The notes beneath the pieces were generated by a model. That model had not been told where the DNA came from. It did no database searches and was given only the letters and a program-made list of their open reading frames with translations. From Octopus bimaculoides (Eukaryota), in the NCBI RefSeq assembly GCF_001194135.2, contig NC_068999.1:23671336-23735335 (forward strand): a DNA stretch of 64,000 nt, read 5' to 3'. Shown in pieces: positions 27,901 to 37,083 of the stretch (its first letter is position 1; each line of letters begins with the position of its first letter). Position numbers and translations under genes: made by a program.

Positions 27901-30900
27901 ATGTGTCACCAGCACAGGTGCCTTTTATATGTGCTTTTTACCATGATTTCACTTTGCTTGACATGTCTTCTCAAGCACGGCAAATGACCAGAAGTCTCGG
28001 TTGCTTGGCATTGCCTCTGTGTGACTCAACAATTGAATGTGTATGTATGTGTGTGTTTGTCACTTTCCCCTTTCCTTGGCATAATGTTGTTGTAAATGGG
28101 TGTCACTATCATGCAAGCAGTATCATTCAGTTCCACTTTTCATGAAAACATGCCTGATCTTGGGAAAATATTATCTTAGTTGAAAACAGTTGAGAGCTAG
28201 TGACAGGAAGGGCATCAGGCTTTAGAAAACTTGACCCAACAAATTCTATCTTCTAATCTGTCACCATTTCATCCCTTCTTTTACAGTTATATTCAAATAT
28301 TACAAAATGCTTTCAGAGTTTAATTGATTTTATATTTAATTTTATCCTTTTGACTTCTTTCAGTAATTATGCTCCTCGGGCAGTTACCCTTCGAAAAACT
28401 CCCAATGGTTATGGCTTTGTACTACGAGGAGCTAAATGTAAGTATATCTTATCAAACATTTTTATTTTGTTTCATGATTAAACTGTGGCCATACTGATTT
28501 GTTGTGCTTAAGACATGTCAAGCAAAGTGAAATCATGGTAAAAGGCACATGTAAAAGGTACCTGTGCTGGTGACACATAAAAGACACCCAGAACTCTCTA
28601 TGGAATGGTTGGCATTAGGAAGGGCATTCAACCGTAGAAGCCAAGCCAAAACAGAATGGAGCCTGGTGCAGTTTTCCAGCTCCAGTCAAACTGTCTAACC
28701 CATGCCAGCATGGAAAACAGATGTTAAATGATGATTATGATCATGCACAATGGGCTTCTTTCAGGCTTTAGTCAAGCTGGGGCCACAGTTTAATCATGAG
28801 ATTTAGCTACAGGAATAGCTCTCAAGTGTAGAAAATTTAACACGATAAACTCCATCCAACATATGCTAGCATGGAAAAGTCAACATTAAAACAATGATAA
28901 TGTTTGTGGCATAACATCCAATACAGAACATGTCACAACTGCTGAAAAATTTGTGCGTATGTTTGTGTATGTAAATGGTCTACAACATATTTGTGTGCAC
29001 ACTGACACTACCCATCCAGAGCATGCTGACTTCATTTCTTTTAAGCCTTCGCAAGTTTTCAGTGGTCACAGCCCTTGGCTCCCTGCAGTGTGGCATAGCT
29101 GTTCATAAACAGGCATCATACTAACTGTCTTTCTGAGGGAGAGGCCCTTTGTTACTAACAGAGGCAGTAGCTCTCTGAATTTTGTCCAGCCCACTCTTAT
29201 TCTCGCAGCTATGCTTTCAGGACAGCTTCCACCAATGCTAATTTGGTCACCTTAGTAATGGTAACTGTCTACTATTTCTAATGATCCCACCTGACATTTG
29301 AGGGAGCCTATTTTCCATACCTTCCTGATATTAAATATACCTACACTTAATAAATTTTTTTAGTGTTATATTATTTAAATTAACTTGCAGTAATTTCTCT
29401 GGAACCCTTCTTTTCCTTTTTGTAGCTGATCTTCAATTTCTTAACCATGTTTCAAATAATTCACCTGCCGTGCAGTATCTGGATACTGTGGATGTTGGTA
29501 GTGCTGCTGAGAAGGCAGGTCTTAGAGCTGGGGATTTCATATTGGAAGTAAGTAATAAAACTTGAGTTTTCATGTGTTATGTTCTGTTTTATATTATACA
29601 GTAGAAACTTGTTATAGCTAACCATTTAGTGGGAAATTACTATGCATGATGAGGTTTAACAAAGAATAAGTGCAGCCAGTTATCAGAACTACAATTCAGA
29701 TCTATTTGTAATGCATGTCGAAATAGTGATGACCTTTAGTCTGAGATTAAACATTATCAGACAAACTAATGGTTACTCATGCAACTGAGACATTATATAA
29801 TCATATGTTCTATCCAGAAAGTCCATGTGACACTAGCAGCAAGTTTGAAGTTTGAACAATTTATCCACTCAGCTACCTTAGCGTTACAATATTCAGTATT
29901 ATTTCATATTACAATATTCATTGTAATATGCAGTAATATAGGTAAAGGGATAAGAATTTGTTTTCAAATTGGTATAACAAGACCTCAAGGCATACAAATT
30001 TCACCATTAGTTAATGCATTTGTTATTCAAAAGTATTTGTTGTCAATGCAGTAGCATTTTCCACTGTTCAAATTATTTTCTGAAAATTAGATTATCTACA
30101 CTATATAATTCTATAATTCTTAGCCTCACCGTCACCCGTGGTAATGCCACAAGTGTGTTGGCTTGCTTCAGTAGGTTCCTTTGAACCTTGTAGTGTGCAG
30201 CCAATTGAGGCACTTGGTGTTGAATTAATGTTCTTTTTTCTTTCTTTTCCTTTCTTTCTTCCTCCTTTTCCTTTTTTTTTTTTTTTTTTTTACCTTTCTT
30301 CACTCATGCTTGAGTTTTCTTCACTTCTGGATTTGTTTTTTAATGTGGTTTTGTATTATGTATGTGTCATATACATACATGTTATATATGTAATAAAATA
30401 AAAGAAACAAATCAGATAGGGTATGTGGACAACATTCTATGATAACAGAAAATCTGATAGTCTAGAATATTAAAAATTATTTCACTTTCTTTTTCTTTCC
30501 TTTCAAAAGATCAATGATGAAAATGTAACTAGAGCTTCCCATGAACACGTTGTGAAGTTAATCAAGAATTCAGGCAACATGCTGAGAATGACAGTTTTAA
30601 CTGTAAAACCAACAGATCAGGACAAAAATGCATTCGTCCATGAAGATGGTTCATTCACTCTACCAAGTCGCCGAAGACAAGGTAGGAATGCTTTACCTTG
30701 CAATATTTTCATGAATATTAGTTTGTATTGGTTCAAAATGTAGCCCAGAAAGTAATTGCTTGTGTTATTTTCTTCAATTATTTTAAGCAGCTTAATAGAC
30801 ATACCTTTAACAGAGTCCACTCTTTTGCAGGCTTCTTTCAGTTTCTGTCTACCAAATGCACTCACAAGGCTTTGGTTAGCTTGAAACAATAGAAGACACT

Positions 30901-33900
30901 TGCCCAAGGTGCCATGCAGTGGGAGTGAACCCAGAACTATGTGGTTTGGATGCAAATGTCTTACCACACAGCCATGCCTACACCTATAGTATAATTGGCA
31001 TAAAATATCTAGAATCTATTTTAGTATATAACATTTTTATGAAAAACTTTTAGCATGCAGTCAATTGAGGATGTATTTCATTAGATTATAACATTAAATC
31101 TGGACCTTTTGTTTCAAGGGTTCTCAACTATTTTATATCTATGGACCCCTTTGATTACTATTTNNNNNNNNNNNNNNNNNNNNNNNNNNNNNNNNNNNNN
31201 NNNNNNNNNNNNNNNNNNNNNNNNNNNNNNNNNNNNNNNNNNNNNNNNNNNNNNNNNNNNNNNNNNNNNTAGTTTTATAGAAACTTCTTTCAAAAGGCTG
31301 AACTATGTAAAATGTTAAAGAAACTTAGTTTCTTGCAATACATACATCAGAAGTAAAATTTTTACAGGAGCTCTTAAAATACTATTGTGGATCCCCAATT
31401 TACTATTTTGTTGCATGGACCCCCAAAAATCTTATATGGACACACAGGTGCCATATGGACCCTGGTTGAGATCCACTGTATTTATATAGTAAATGTTTGA
31501 GTTGAATACATCTGTTGATTTTGAAAAAAAAAAAAAGATCCTGAATAATTTTACTCTAATGGGGTCATGAGAAAACATATATTAGTGAACATGTTAATAT
31601 TATAATATGATTATTAATCATTCATTTTACTAATTATGGTGATTCATTTGTTTAGCACCTGAGCCACCAAGAAGAGATCCTTCTACATCTTTATCTTTTA
31701 GTAAAGCAAAATCGAAATCTTTTGCAGAAGGAATGGCTGAAATTGGTATGTATAATCTCTCTCTCTCTCTCTTTCTCTCAGAATCATTCTTACATTATTA
31801 ATTTAATTCTTTAACAAATTGTTACAAAGATTAACAAAAATTTATGAGAAAATAAAAGAGTTACAATGACGAAATGGATGCAGTACCAAGCTCTTAGCTC
31901 ATTTGTGTTATGTTAGTAATGTGTATAATGTTCTAAACTGGTCACTGAACATATTCAAAACCAGAAACATGGAAGCAGAATAGATTATGGAGTGGTGAGA
32001 GGAGGCGGAATGTTGAATTAACTCATAATTGGTATAGTTTGGTGATCTGTTGTTTGAGGACAAATTCTCTTGCATTAAATTAAATGATAGAATTAAGATT
32101 TTGTATAGGCACAGGTGTAGCTGTGCAATAAGAAGCTTGCTTCTCAACCACGTGGCACCTTGGGTAAGTGTCTTCTACTATAGCCTCAGTAGATTTGGTA
32201 GACAGAAACTGAAAGAAGCCCATTGCATATATAGCTATATATATATATGTACTTGTGTCTGTTTGTCCCTCACCACTGCATGACAACTGATGTTGGTGTA
32301 TTTACAGCCCCATAACTTAGTGGTTCAGTTTAGAGACTGATAGAATAAGCATCAGGCTTTAAAAAAAAAAAAAGCACTGGGGGTTGATTCATTCGACTAA
32401 AAATTTTCTTCAAGATGATGCCTCACCTTGGCTGCAGTATAATGACTGAAACAAGTCTTAGAATTTGTCTCAGAACAATGGTACCCTTATGTTATATTTC
32501 TATGGAGGCATACAAGTAGAAAATAAGAATGGCTGTCTGGTTCAGCAGTTTGCTTTGCAACCACGATTCCACAGATTTGATCCCACTGTGAGGCATGTTG
32601 GATTCTTTGACTGTAGTCCCAGGTGGACCAATACCTGGTCTTGAGATGGAAACTTTGCAGAAGCCCAGTGTGTATGTGTGCACACGTGCGTGTGCATGTG
32701 GGGTCGGTGGACTACCACAGAGTGTAATAGCATAATGCTTTTTATGTTGTTTGGTAAGAAACTAAATATCATTTCAAATTTTGGTTCAATGCTAGTAATT
32801 TTGTGAGGAAGGGGTAAGTTGATTACATAAGTACCAGTTGATTACTCAACTGGAACTTATTTCATTGACTTGTGCCTGATAGATTTTGAACTCAGAGCAC
32901 AGTGAGTCAGAAGAAATTCTGCTAAGCATTTTGTCTAACATTCTAACAATTCTTCCAACTGATCATAGTTTTAGTATATGGTTCCAGTAATTTACAGTGT
33001 ATCATTGGCCCTAGTGATTTCAGCTTCTGTTTAGTAACCTGCTTCTCTACTTGCAAGCATTATTCTTTATATGGAAAAGAAGTTTTTCCCCATATTTTAC
33101 TTGTCTACTAATTGCTCATTAACCTGCCTATACTCTATTATCTATGCTACTTCTCTTGTTTCTTTCACTAACAGCAGCAACAAAAAACAAACAAACAAAC
33201 ACAATGCAGCTAGTTTGATAATAGTCCAAGTAGAAAGTCATGTACAAGGGGGTGCTGAAAAGTTCCTGGCTTTAAGAGTATCATAACAGGCCTAGTTGGA
33301 GGCCCAACCTTCTGAGTTCTTTTACAGGGCTTAGTAAAACTGAAGGACTGCTGCAATAAGGGTGTGAATCTGAGAGGGGAATATATTCAATAAAATCATA
33401 ATTAATTGATGCTTCTGTATTTTCTTTTATCCAAAGCCAGGAACTTTTCAACATGCCCTTGTATGAGTGTTCTGACAATGTGCCATATCACCTTATGCAC
33501 AGTTGGTGATACTGCGATTTTGTTGTCAAACATAGGTTAGTTTCATAGAAATTTCTAGTTTTGAATTGTCAATGACTTACATTAAGTAGGTCAAGTGGCT
33601 TTTTTCTTTTCAAGCCACCTGTATTAGAAAGGTTGTGTTGGTAAACTTAAAACAACCTCTTAACATGTGATGAACGTTATAAGAATTATTTGATTTAAAT
33701 ATTTTATTTCTTAATGTAATTTTTATGTAGATTTTTAAAAAAAAACAAAAATTGACTTTGATCTTTCAGAAAAACTGGATCAAACTCTTGCAGAATATGA
33801 AGTGTGTGAAAGCCCATCAAAGGAAAATAGTTACGGTTATCAGAATGCAATGAAATCTGAAATAAAAACTGCTTCTATTAGGGCTGCTTATGCTAAAAAA

Positions 33901-36900
33901 CGGCTGTCTAATATTGAAATTGATAACATTTGCTCTATGGAGGCCCCACACAAACCTGATCGTTTAAGCCCCTCAGAAGTGCGCATTAAAAAATATCACA
34001 AAAAGACAAGCAGTCTAGAAAAATCTCGGAGTACACCAAATCTTGCTCCTGACATAGATAATGTACAAATTTCTTCAGGAAACAGTTCTTACAGCAGCAA
34101 TTCCTCTGGACCTTTGAGAAGTCAACAAGCCAAAATGAATGCCAGTCAGATAAATCAGTTGTATCCTGCACCATATCTGGGAAGTCTTTCTCATCCTCCA
34201 CCAGGAATGGATTTATCTGGTTGTAGACATTCAGTTGCTATTGGATCTTCTGTGCATATCAATTCTTTACCAAGCAGAGGTAAAGCTTACCCAGTTCCTC
34301 CACCTGTGGTGTCAAACCATTATAATGTTTCTCCTAAAGAGCATGTTCCTCCTCCTCCACAAGTTATAACAATAAATAAACAGAATGATCAGTCAGTTAA
34401 TTCTGCAGAAGAATCGACCCAACAGAATTCTTATGAATCAAGTTTCAGACCTGGAACTGTGGCAGTATTTGGTAATAATAAAAAATTAGTTACAAACCAA
34501 TCTTCAGTCAATCAGGCAAAATCTCATAAACCACAAGATAGTTTGAATAGAAATAAAGCTGCAAGCAACTTCAATTCTAATCTGAATAGTGTAACTAAAA
34601 CAGTAATTGCAGATGTTCATCACATTGACCAGTCACAAGGTACTCAACACTATTCAAATGGTACACAAGATAAATTCTATGAGCCTCTTCCTGACTATGG
34701 ATCTGAAGGAGAGGACAACTTACCACGCGATGGCAATGGTAATATTATTTCAGTTGGTTCAAATCTCACTAAAAATAGAATGTCATTGGCAGTACCTCCC
34801 TCTTCATCTTCTTCTTCATCTGAGAGTTTCAAGACAGCATCAACTACTCCTTCTTTTCAAAATACTATAGACCCACAAATAATTCCTCCTCCACCTCAAT
34901 TCTGTCCACCTCCTCCACCTGAATTTTCTCATGCTCCTCCTCCTCCCCCTCCTCCTCCTCCTCCTCCATCTAATCAATTGTGTCCCCTTCCTCCTCCCCC
35001 TCCTCAATTCAGTTCTGCTCCTCTTCCTGAATCCCAGGACAGTCAAACAGCAGACCAAGGAAATGAATTACTAAATGAAATTAAACGTGCTGCACAGGAA
35101 AGACAGAATCGATGTAAAGATGAAATTCCAGAGAAGACCACACCCAAACCCACTAGTGTCAACTTAACTTCACAAGATAAAAATCAAGCAGAAATTTTAC
35201 AAGCTGTAGCAAAACGACGTTCAATGCTGGAAAATTCTGATGAAAATGTTGTTGTAAATCAAATTGAAGCCCAAATTCACAAAGCTAAGAAACTACAATA
35301 TTCTAAGTATTATTTCACTGGCAATAGAATGCAAAAAGTAGTGAAAGAATTACCTGAGGAGAACACATTAGAGGTTGAGGAGAATAAACAGAACACTGAA
35401 GAGAACAAACCGGTAGTTAAAGAGAACAAACCGGTAGTTAAAGAGAACAAACTGGTTGTTAAAGATGCTAAAGTAGATGTTAAACAGAAAGGATTAAATG
35501 AAGGAAAAATAAACTCAGCTTCTTCAGAAGACAAACCTATATCAAAAGTACTTTTGAAACCTAAGTTGTTGGAAAAATCTACTGACAAGCTGCCAACAGA
35601 AAGTAATAGTAATAAGACTACAGAGAAAACACAACAAAATCAAGGTATAAAATCTCTGAACGGTAAAGTAGAACCACATGTAAATGATGATTCCAAGAAA
35701 GGTCAAGAAGATTTTCTAATTAAAGCTGAAAAAGCACGTCAGAGGTACCTAAGTCGGAAATCATTAGGTACAAATAATGAAACAGCTGATAAAGCCAACA
35801 GAACAGCTACACAAACTGAAATATCTGATAAACCAAACAACATAAATGCACATACTGAAACATCAGAGAAACCAAACAGAATGGCTACACATAGTGATAC
35901 AACAGATAAACCAAACAGTACAGCTACACATACTGAGACAATAGATAAACCAAACAAAATAGCTATAAATAATGAAAAATCTGACAAACTAAACAGTACA
36001 GCTACAAATAATGTCAAATCTGATAAGTCATACAACATAGCTAGAGTTAATGGGAATAAAACATACAACACTAAAAAAGAACCTGAACCTTGTGTAATCA
36101 GCCACAAAACTGTGGAGAAAGAAAATAAGATAAACACTGACCAAACCAGGCATGGAATACAGAACAAAAACAATGCATTGATTAAGAGATCGGCCAGTAA
36201 GGTTCACATTGAAATAAAACCAGCTCTACATGTTTCACCAAAACCAATTAGTGGTGTGTCCATAAAAGAAAGAATTGCTAATTTACAAAACAACAATGGA
36301 CTTGCTTCAAATAATTCAAAGGATGGAGTGAAGTTAATAACTGTAAAGGGAGTGACTACAGGTCATTCTAATACTGACCCATCTAATTCTTCAGACTGTT
36401 CAACTCCTAGTCAATCTCCATATCATTCCAGTTTTGTTACAATCGTTGCACCACCTCCTGGGTTTTGTGATTCTGACCCAGATGAAAGGGCTACTGATGA
36501 GCTTCCATCATACCCTACTTTACAAACTTTACCGGCTCCACTATCTGAGTTATCTATTTCGGTTGATCAGATTGGAGATATACATCCACCAGATGATTCT
36601 CTGAGCCTTATCTCTTCTCTTTCAACATTGTCAACACTCTCTACCTCAAGCACAGAACATCCAGTTGACATTGTCCATCCACCACCAACTAGCTTTCAAG
36701 ATGGTTCTAGCCCTGTATCAACAGATCAAGGTTTTGAAGAATCATTTATAGCAGCACCACATGAATTTAATGAACCACTGAAAAAACACAATATAACAAA
36801 ACATTCTTATCAAGATAAATCAATTGAAGAGTGGTTGTACATGGATGTTCTTGAGTGGCTTGATAGCTTAAAACTGACACAATATAAAACTAATTTTTCT

Positions 36901-37083
36901 CATCATTGTATTGATGGTAAAAAATTACTTAACCTTAACAGAAATGATTACTTAATGCTTGGTATTACACAAGTTAGTCATCGACTAAATTTGGAGAAGG
37001 CCATCAAAAAAGCTTTACTGACATCAAAAAGCTGTCAGAAAAGCCCAGTGACCAGTAAAATTTCATCATCAAAGTCTCACTGA
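6091..37083 (+). CDS. SHANK: SHANK/ProSAP family postsynaptic scaffold (PDZ + proline-rich + SAM), spliced CDS join(6091..7325,28364..28437,29426..29547,30510..30681,31656..31745,33770..37083), 1668 aa
   Basis: Six exons with GT-AG boundaries and compatible phases (2,1,0,1,1) sum to 5007 nt = 1669 codons including TGA. Translation gives a SHANK-type PDZ (GYGFVLRGAK...PAVQYLDTVD...AGLRAGDFILEIN..NV...HEHVVKLI), the post-PDZ motif APEPPRRDPSTSLS..KSKS..EKLD, PPxxF motifs and a C-terminal SAM domain. Confidence 0.9.
8605..8850 (+). mobile_element. tRNA-derived SINE (family S1), partial
   Basis: GTGGCTGTGTGGTATGAAG...CCAACCACATGGTTCTGGGTTCAGTCC...GACGGAAACTAAAAGCAGCCC. Confidence 0.7.
9903..9971. 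repeat. (TA)n microsatellite
   Basis: Direct reading; many shorter (TA)n, (CA)n, (TATG)n and (CT)n tracts occur throughout. Confidence 0.95.
10540..10760 (+). mobile_element. Non-autonomous Helitron-like fragment
   Basis: Begins A|TCTATATATATAAAACTG followed by (GTCT)n and CCAATCGATTTCATTCATATTTTATAC, typical of Helitron-N 5' ends; 3' end not identified. Confidence 0.35.
12398..12873 (-). mobile_element. Probable solo LTR inserted in an RTE-tail repeat
   Basis: CpG-rich 476-bp insert with minus-strand termini TGTGGCGG...CCATTATA (near TG..CA), 4-bp flanking duplication CTCT (12394-12397, 12874-12877) and minus-strand AATAAA; it splits an RTE-tail copy. Confidence 0.5.
14581..16400 (-). mobile_element. 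Penelope-like element remnant 1 (RT + GIY-YIG, degraded)
   Basis: Minus-strand translation gives KEADKGTAVIIMD (~16300), PSLVKDDLDLL..IVLFDVVNFYT..H..GLEAI.FWL (ORF 15725..15922) and HLTCLSRNLIYVIKCKGC...LR..LTIH (~14950-15050). Confidence 0.8.
16709..17155. mobile_element. Penelope-type inverted-repeat (hairpin) element carrying hammerhead-ribozyme-like motifs
   Basis: Arms 16709-16830 and 17037-17155 are reverse complements; each contains GTCT-CCGATGA-A-GGG..CCC-G-GAAA-x-xGCT-GTA-AGAC. Confidence 0.7.
17815..18780 (-). mobile_element. Penelope-like element remnant 2 (RT thumb + GIY-YIG)
   Basis: Minus strand: TSVHYKLPEPHSYL..HTKSA (RT C-terminus), C..GIYTGE..LADHF and RKKEYFIFSFRT (GIY-YIG end). 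Confidence 0.7.
19196..19379 (+). mobile_element. piggyBac-like MITE (internally deleted)
   Basis: TTAA|CCCTTTAGCAT ... AATGCTAAAGA|TTTA termini. Confidence 0.7.
19700..20262 (+). mobile_element. Internally deleted RTE-clade LINE (RT N-terminal part fused to the 3' UTR/tail)
   Basis: IKDMKTGKAPGSSGITAEMLK...VIPNDW..STIVNCYKGKG..LDRNN is the canonical pre-RT segment; it jumps directly to the RTE 3' UTR and (GAT)n tail. Confidence 0.8.
20433..20830 (+). mobile_element. tRNA-derived SINE (S1 head with alternative tail)
   Basis: S1 head followed by the GGGGAAATATTAC..GGAAACAGGTGAGGGTTGG tail. Confidence 0.6.
21050..21720 (+). mobile_element. RTE-LINE fragment interrupted by a SINE
   Basis: Degenerate YDACV..(ML)HGSE.W.LNA..M..LE.NEAS.L.W at 21050-21295 resumes as MDDNSCIKK...RPRKT.DEV at ~21600. 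Confidence 0.65.
21298..21590 (+). mobile_element. tRNA-derived SINE (family S4) nested in the RTE fragment
   Basis: GGTGCATGGCTAAGTGGTTA...GAGTTCGAT...CAAGATACTTTATTTCATGTTGCTCCAGTCCACTCAGCTGGCAA...GATCGGATCAACTGGAACCCT; reverse copy at ~63262-63445. Confidence 0.7.
22440..22985 (+). mobile_element. RTE/RTEX-like LINE RT C-terminal fragment
   Basis: FKYLGVVVMSDGNQKAELDARITGANTVI...KKTKLGIF...IPTCGHNCWVMT...EFLQRI, typical of the RT thumb of RTE-type elements. Confidence 0.75.
23330..23558 (-). mobile_element. Helentron-associated/DINE-like non-autonomous element
   Basis: Minus strand starts TTACCTCCGCCAAGG...GTTTGTTTGTTTGTC...GGATTTGGATGAAACTTTCAG, a layout typical of HINE/DINE-like elements. 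Confidence 0.5.
23693..23870 (+). mobile_element. SINE family S3 (AAGGCGGTGAGCTGGCAGAATC.. head)
   Basis: GGCAAAATGCTTAG...CTGAGTTCAAATTC...GATAAAATAAGTACCAG shared with the other S3 copies. Confidence 0.65.
24738..25120 (+). mobile_element. tRNA-derived SINE (family S1), near full length
   Basis: Full head, body, microsatellite and tail layout as in the other S1 copies. Confidence 0.75.
25745..25960 (+). mobile_element. SINE family S3
   Basis: Same head and tail as the 23693 and 56215 copies. Confidence 0.65.
26032..26258 (-). mobile_element. piggyBac-like MITE
   Basis: TTAA|CCCTTTAGCATT ... TTGCTAAAAGG|TTAA. Confidence 0.8.
27759..27978 (-). mobile_element. RTE 3' tail copy (left arm of the inverted repeat around exon B)
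   Basis: Reverse complement of 28504-28732. Confidence 0.75.
28364..28437 (+). CDS. SHANK: SHANK exon B (PDZ start: NYAPRAVTLRKTPNGYGFVLRGAK)
   Basis: Acceptor ttctttcag at 28363, donor T|GTAAGT at 28437; matches the SHANK GFGFVLRGAK signature. Confidence 0.93.
28504..28740 (+). mobile_element. RTE 3' tail copy (right arm of the inverted repeat around exon B)
   Basis: High-identity reverse complement of 27759-27978. Confidence 0.75.
28990..29305 (-). mobile_element. RTE-LINE RT C-terminal fragment
   Basis: Homologous to the RTE region at 47640-47890; ends ~120 bp upstream of the exon C acceptor. Confidence 0.65.
29426..29547 (+). CDS. SHANK: SHANK exon C (PDZ middle: DLQFLNHVSNNSPAVQYLDTVDVGSAAEKAGLRAGDFILE)
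   Basis: Acceptor ttttcctttttgtag at 29425, donor GAA|GTAAGT; matches SHANK PALQYLESVD..G.A..AGLR.GDFLIE. Confidence 0.93.
30510..30681 (+). CDS. SHANK: SHANK exon D (PDZ end: INDENVTRASHEHVVKLIKNSGNMLRMTVLTV...RRRQ)
   Basis: Pyrimidine tract plus AAG acceptor at 30509, donor CAAG|GTAGGA; in frame with ORF 30552..30743; alpha-B His of a class I PDZ present. Confidence 0.9.
30810..30985 (-). mobile_element. tRNA-derived SINE (family S1), head half
   Basis: Reverse complement of the S1 head and body. Confidence 0.7.
31115..31478. mobile_element. hAT-type MITE (contains an assembly gap)
   Basis: Terminal inverted repeats CAAGGGTTCTCAAC / GTTGAGATCCACTG with internal ATGGACCCC repeats; 8-bp TSD not evident. 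Confidence 0.55.
31656..31745 (+). CDS. SHANK: SHANK exon E (APEPPRRDPSTSLSFSKAKSKSFAEGMAEI)
   Basis: Acceptor tttgtttag at 31655, donor G|GTATGT; resembles the conserved SHANK post-PDZ segment APPPPKRAPSTTLTLRSKSM. Confidence 0.88.
32110..32455 (+). mobile_element. tRNA-derived SINE (family S1), near full length
   Basis: Full S1 layout. Confidence 0.75.
32800..32965 (-). mobile_element. SINE family S3 fragment
   Basis: Reverse complement of the S3 head and body. Confidence 0.55.
33243..33463 (+). mobile_element. mariner-derived MITE
   Basis: TA-flanked ~30-bp TIRs (TACAAGGGGGTGCTGAAAAGTTCCTGGCTTT / AAAGCCAGGAACTTTTCAACATGCCCTTGTA); interior keeps a mariner C-terminal relic (GL.KLKDCCNKGVNLRGEYIQ*). 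Confidence 0.8.
33770..37083 (+). CDS. SHANK: SHANK terminal exon F (EKLDQTLAEY, proline-rich region, internal repeats, SAM domain ~36817-37017, stop TGA)
   Basis: Acceptor atctttcag at 33769, in frame with the 1093-aa ORF; SAM motif W...DVLEWLDSL.L..Y...F..H.IDG..LL.L...DY..LGIT.V.HR.NLEKAIK. Confidence 0.93.
35401..35463 (+). repeat. Coding tandem repeat: 3 x 21 bp (ENKPVVK)
   Basis: First two units are identical at the DNA level. Confidence 0.9.
35782..36054 (+). repeat. Coding minisatellite: 7 x 39 bp (13 aa, consensus T/K-S-DKPN-x-TAT-H/N-T/N-E)
   Basis: TADKANRTATQTE ISDKPNNINAHTE TSEKPNRMATHSD TTDKPNSTATHTE TIDKPNKIAINNE KSDKLNSTATNNV KSDKSYNIARVNG. Confidence 0.9.

Noticed and set aside
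1-28363. SHANK ankyrin-repeat, SH3 or SPN exons
   Set aside because: I found no translation resembling these domains in the ORF track or by reading around splice-like sites. Small exons could have been missed, and these exons may lie upstream of the window.
30647-30655. Alternative earlier donor in exon D (GATG|GTTCAT)
   Set aside because: Poor donor consensus compared with AAG|GTAGGA at 30681; both are phase 1, so it cannot be fully excluded without RNA data.
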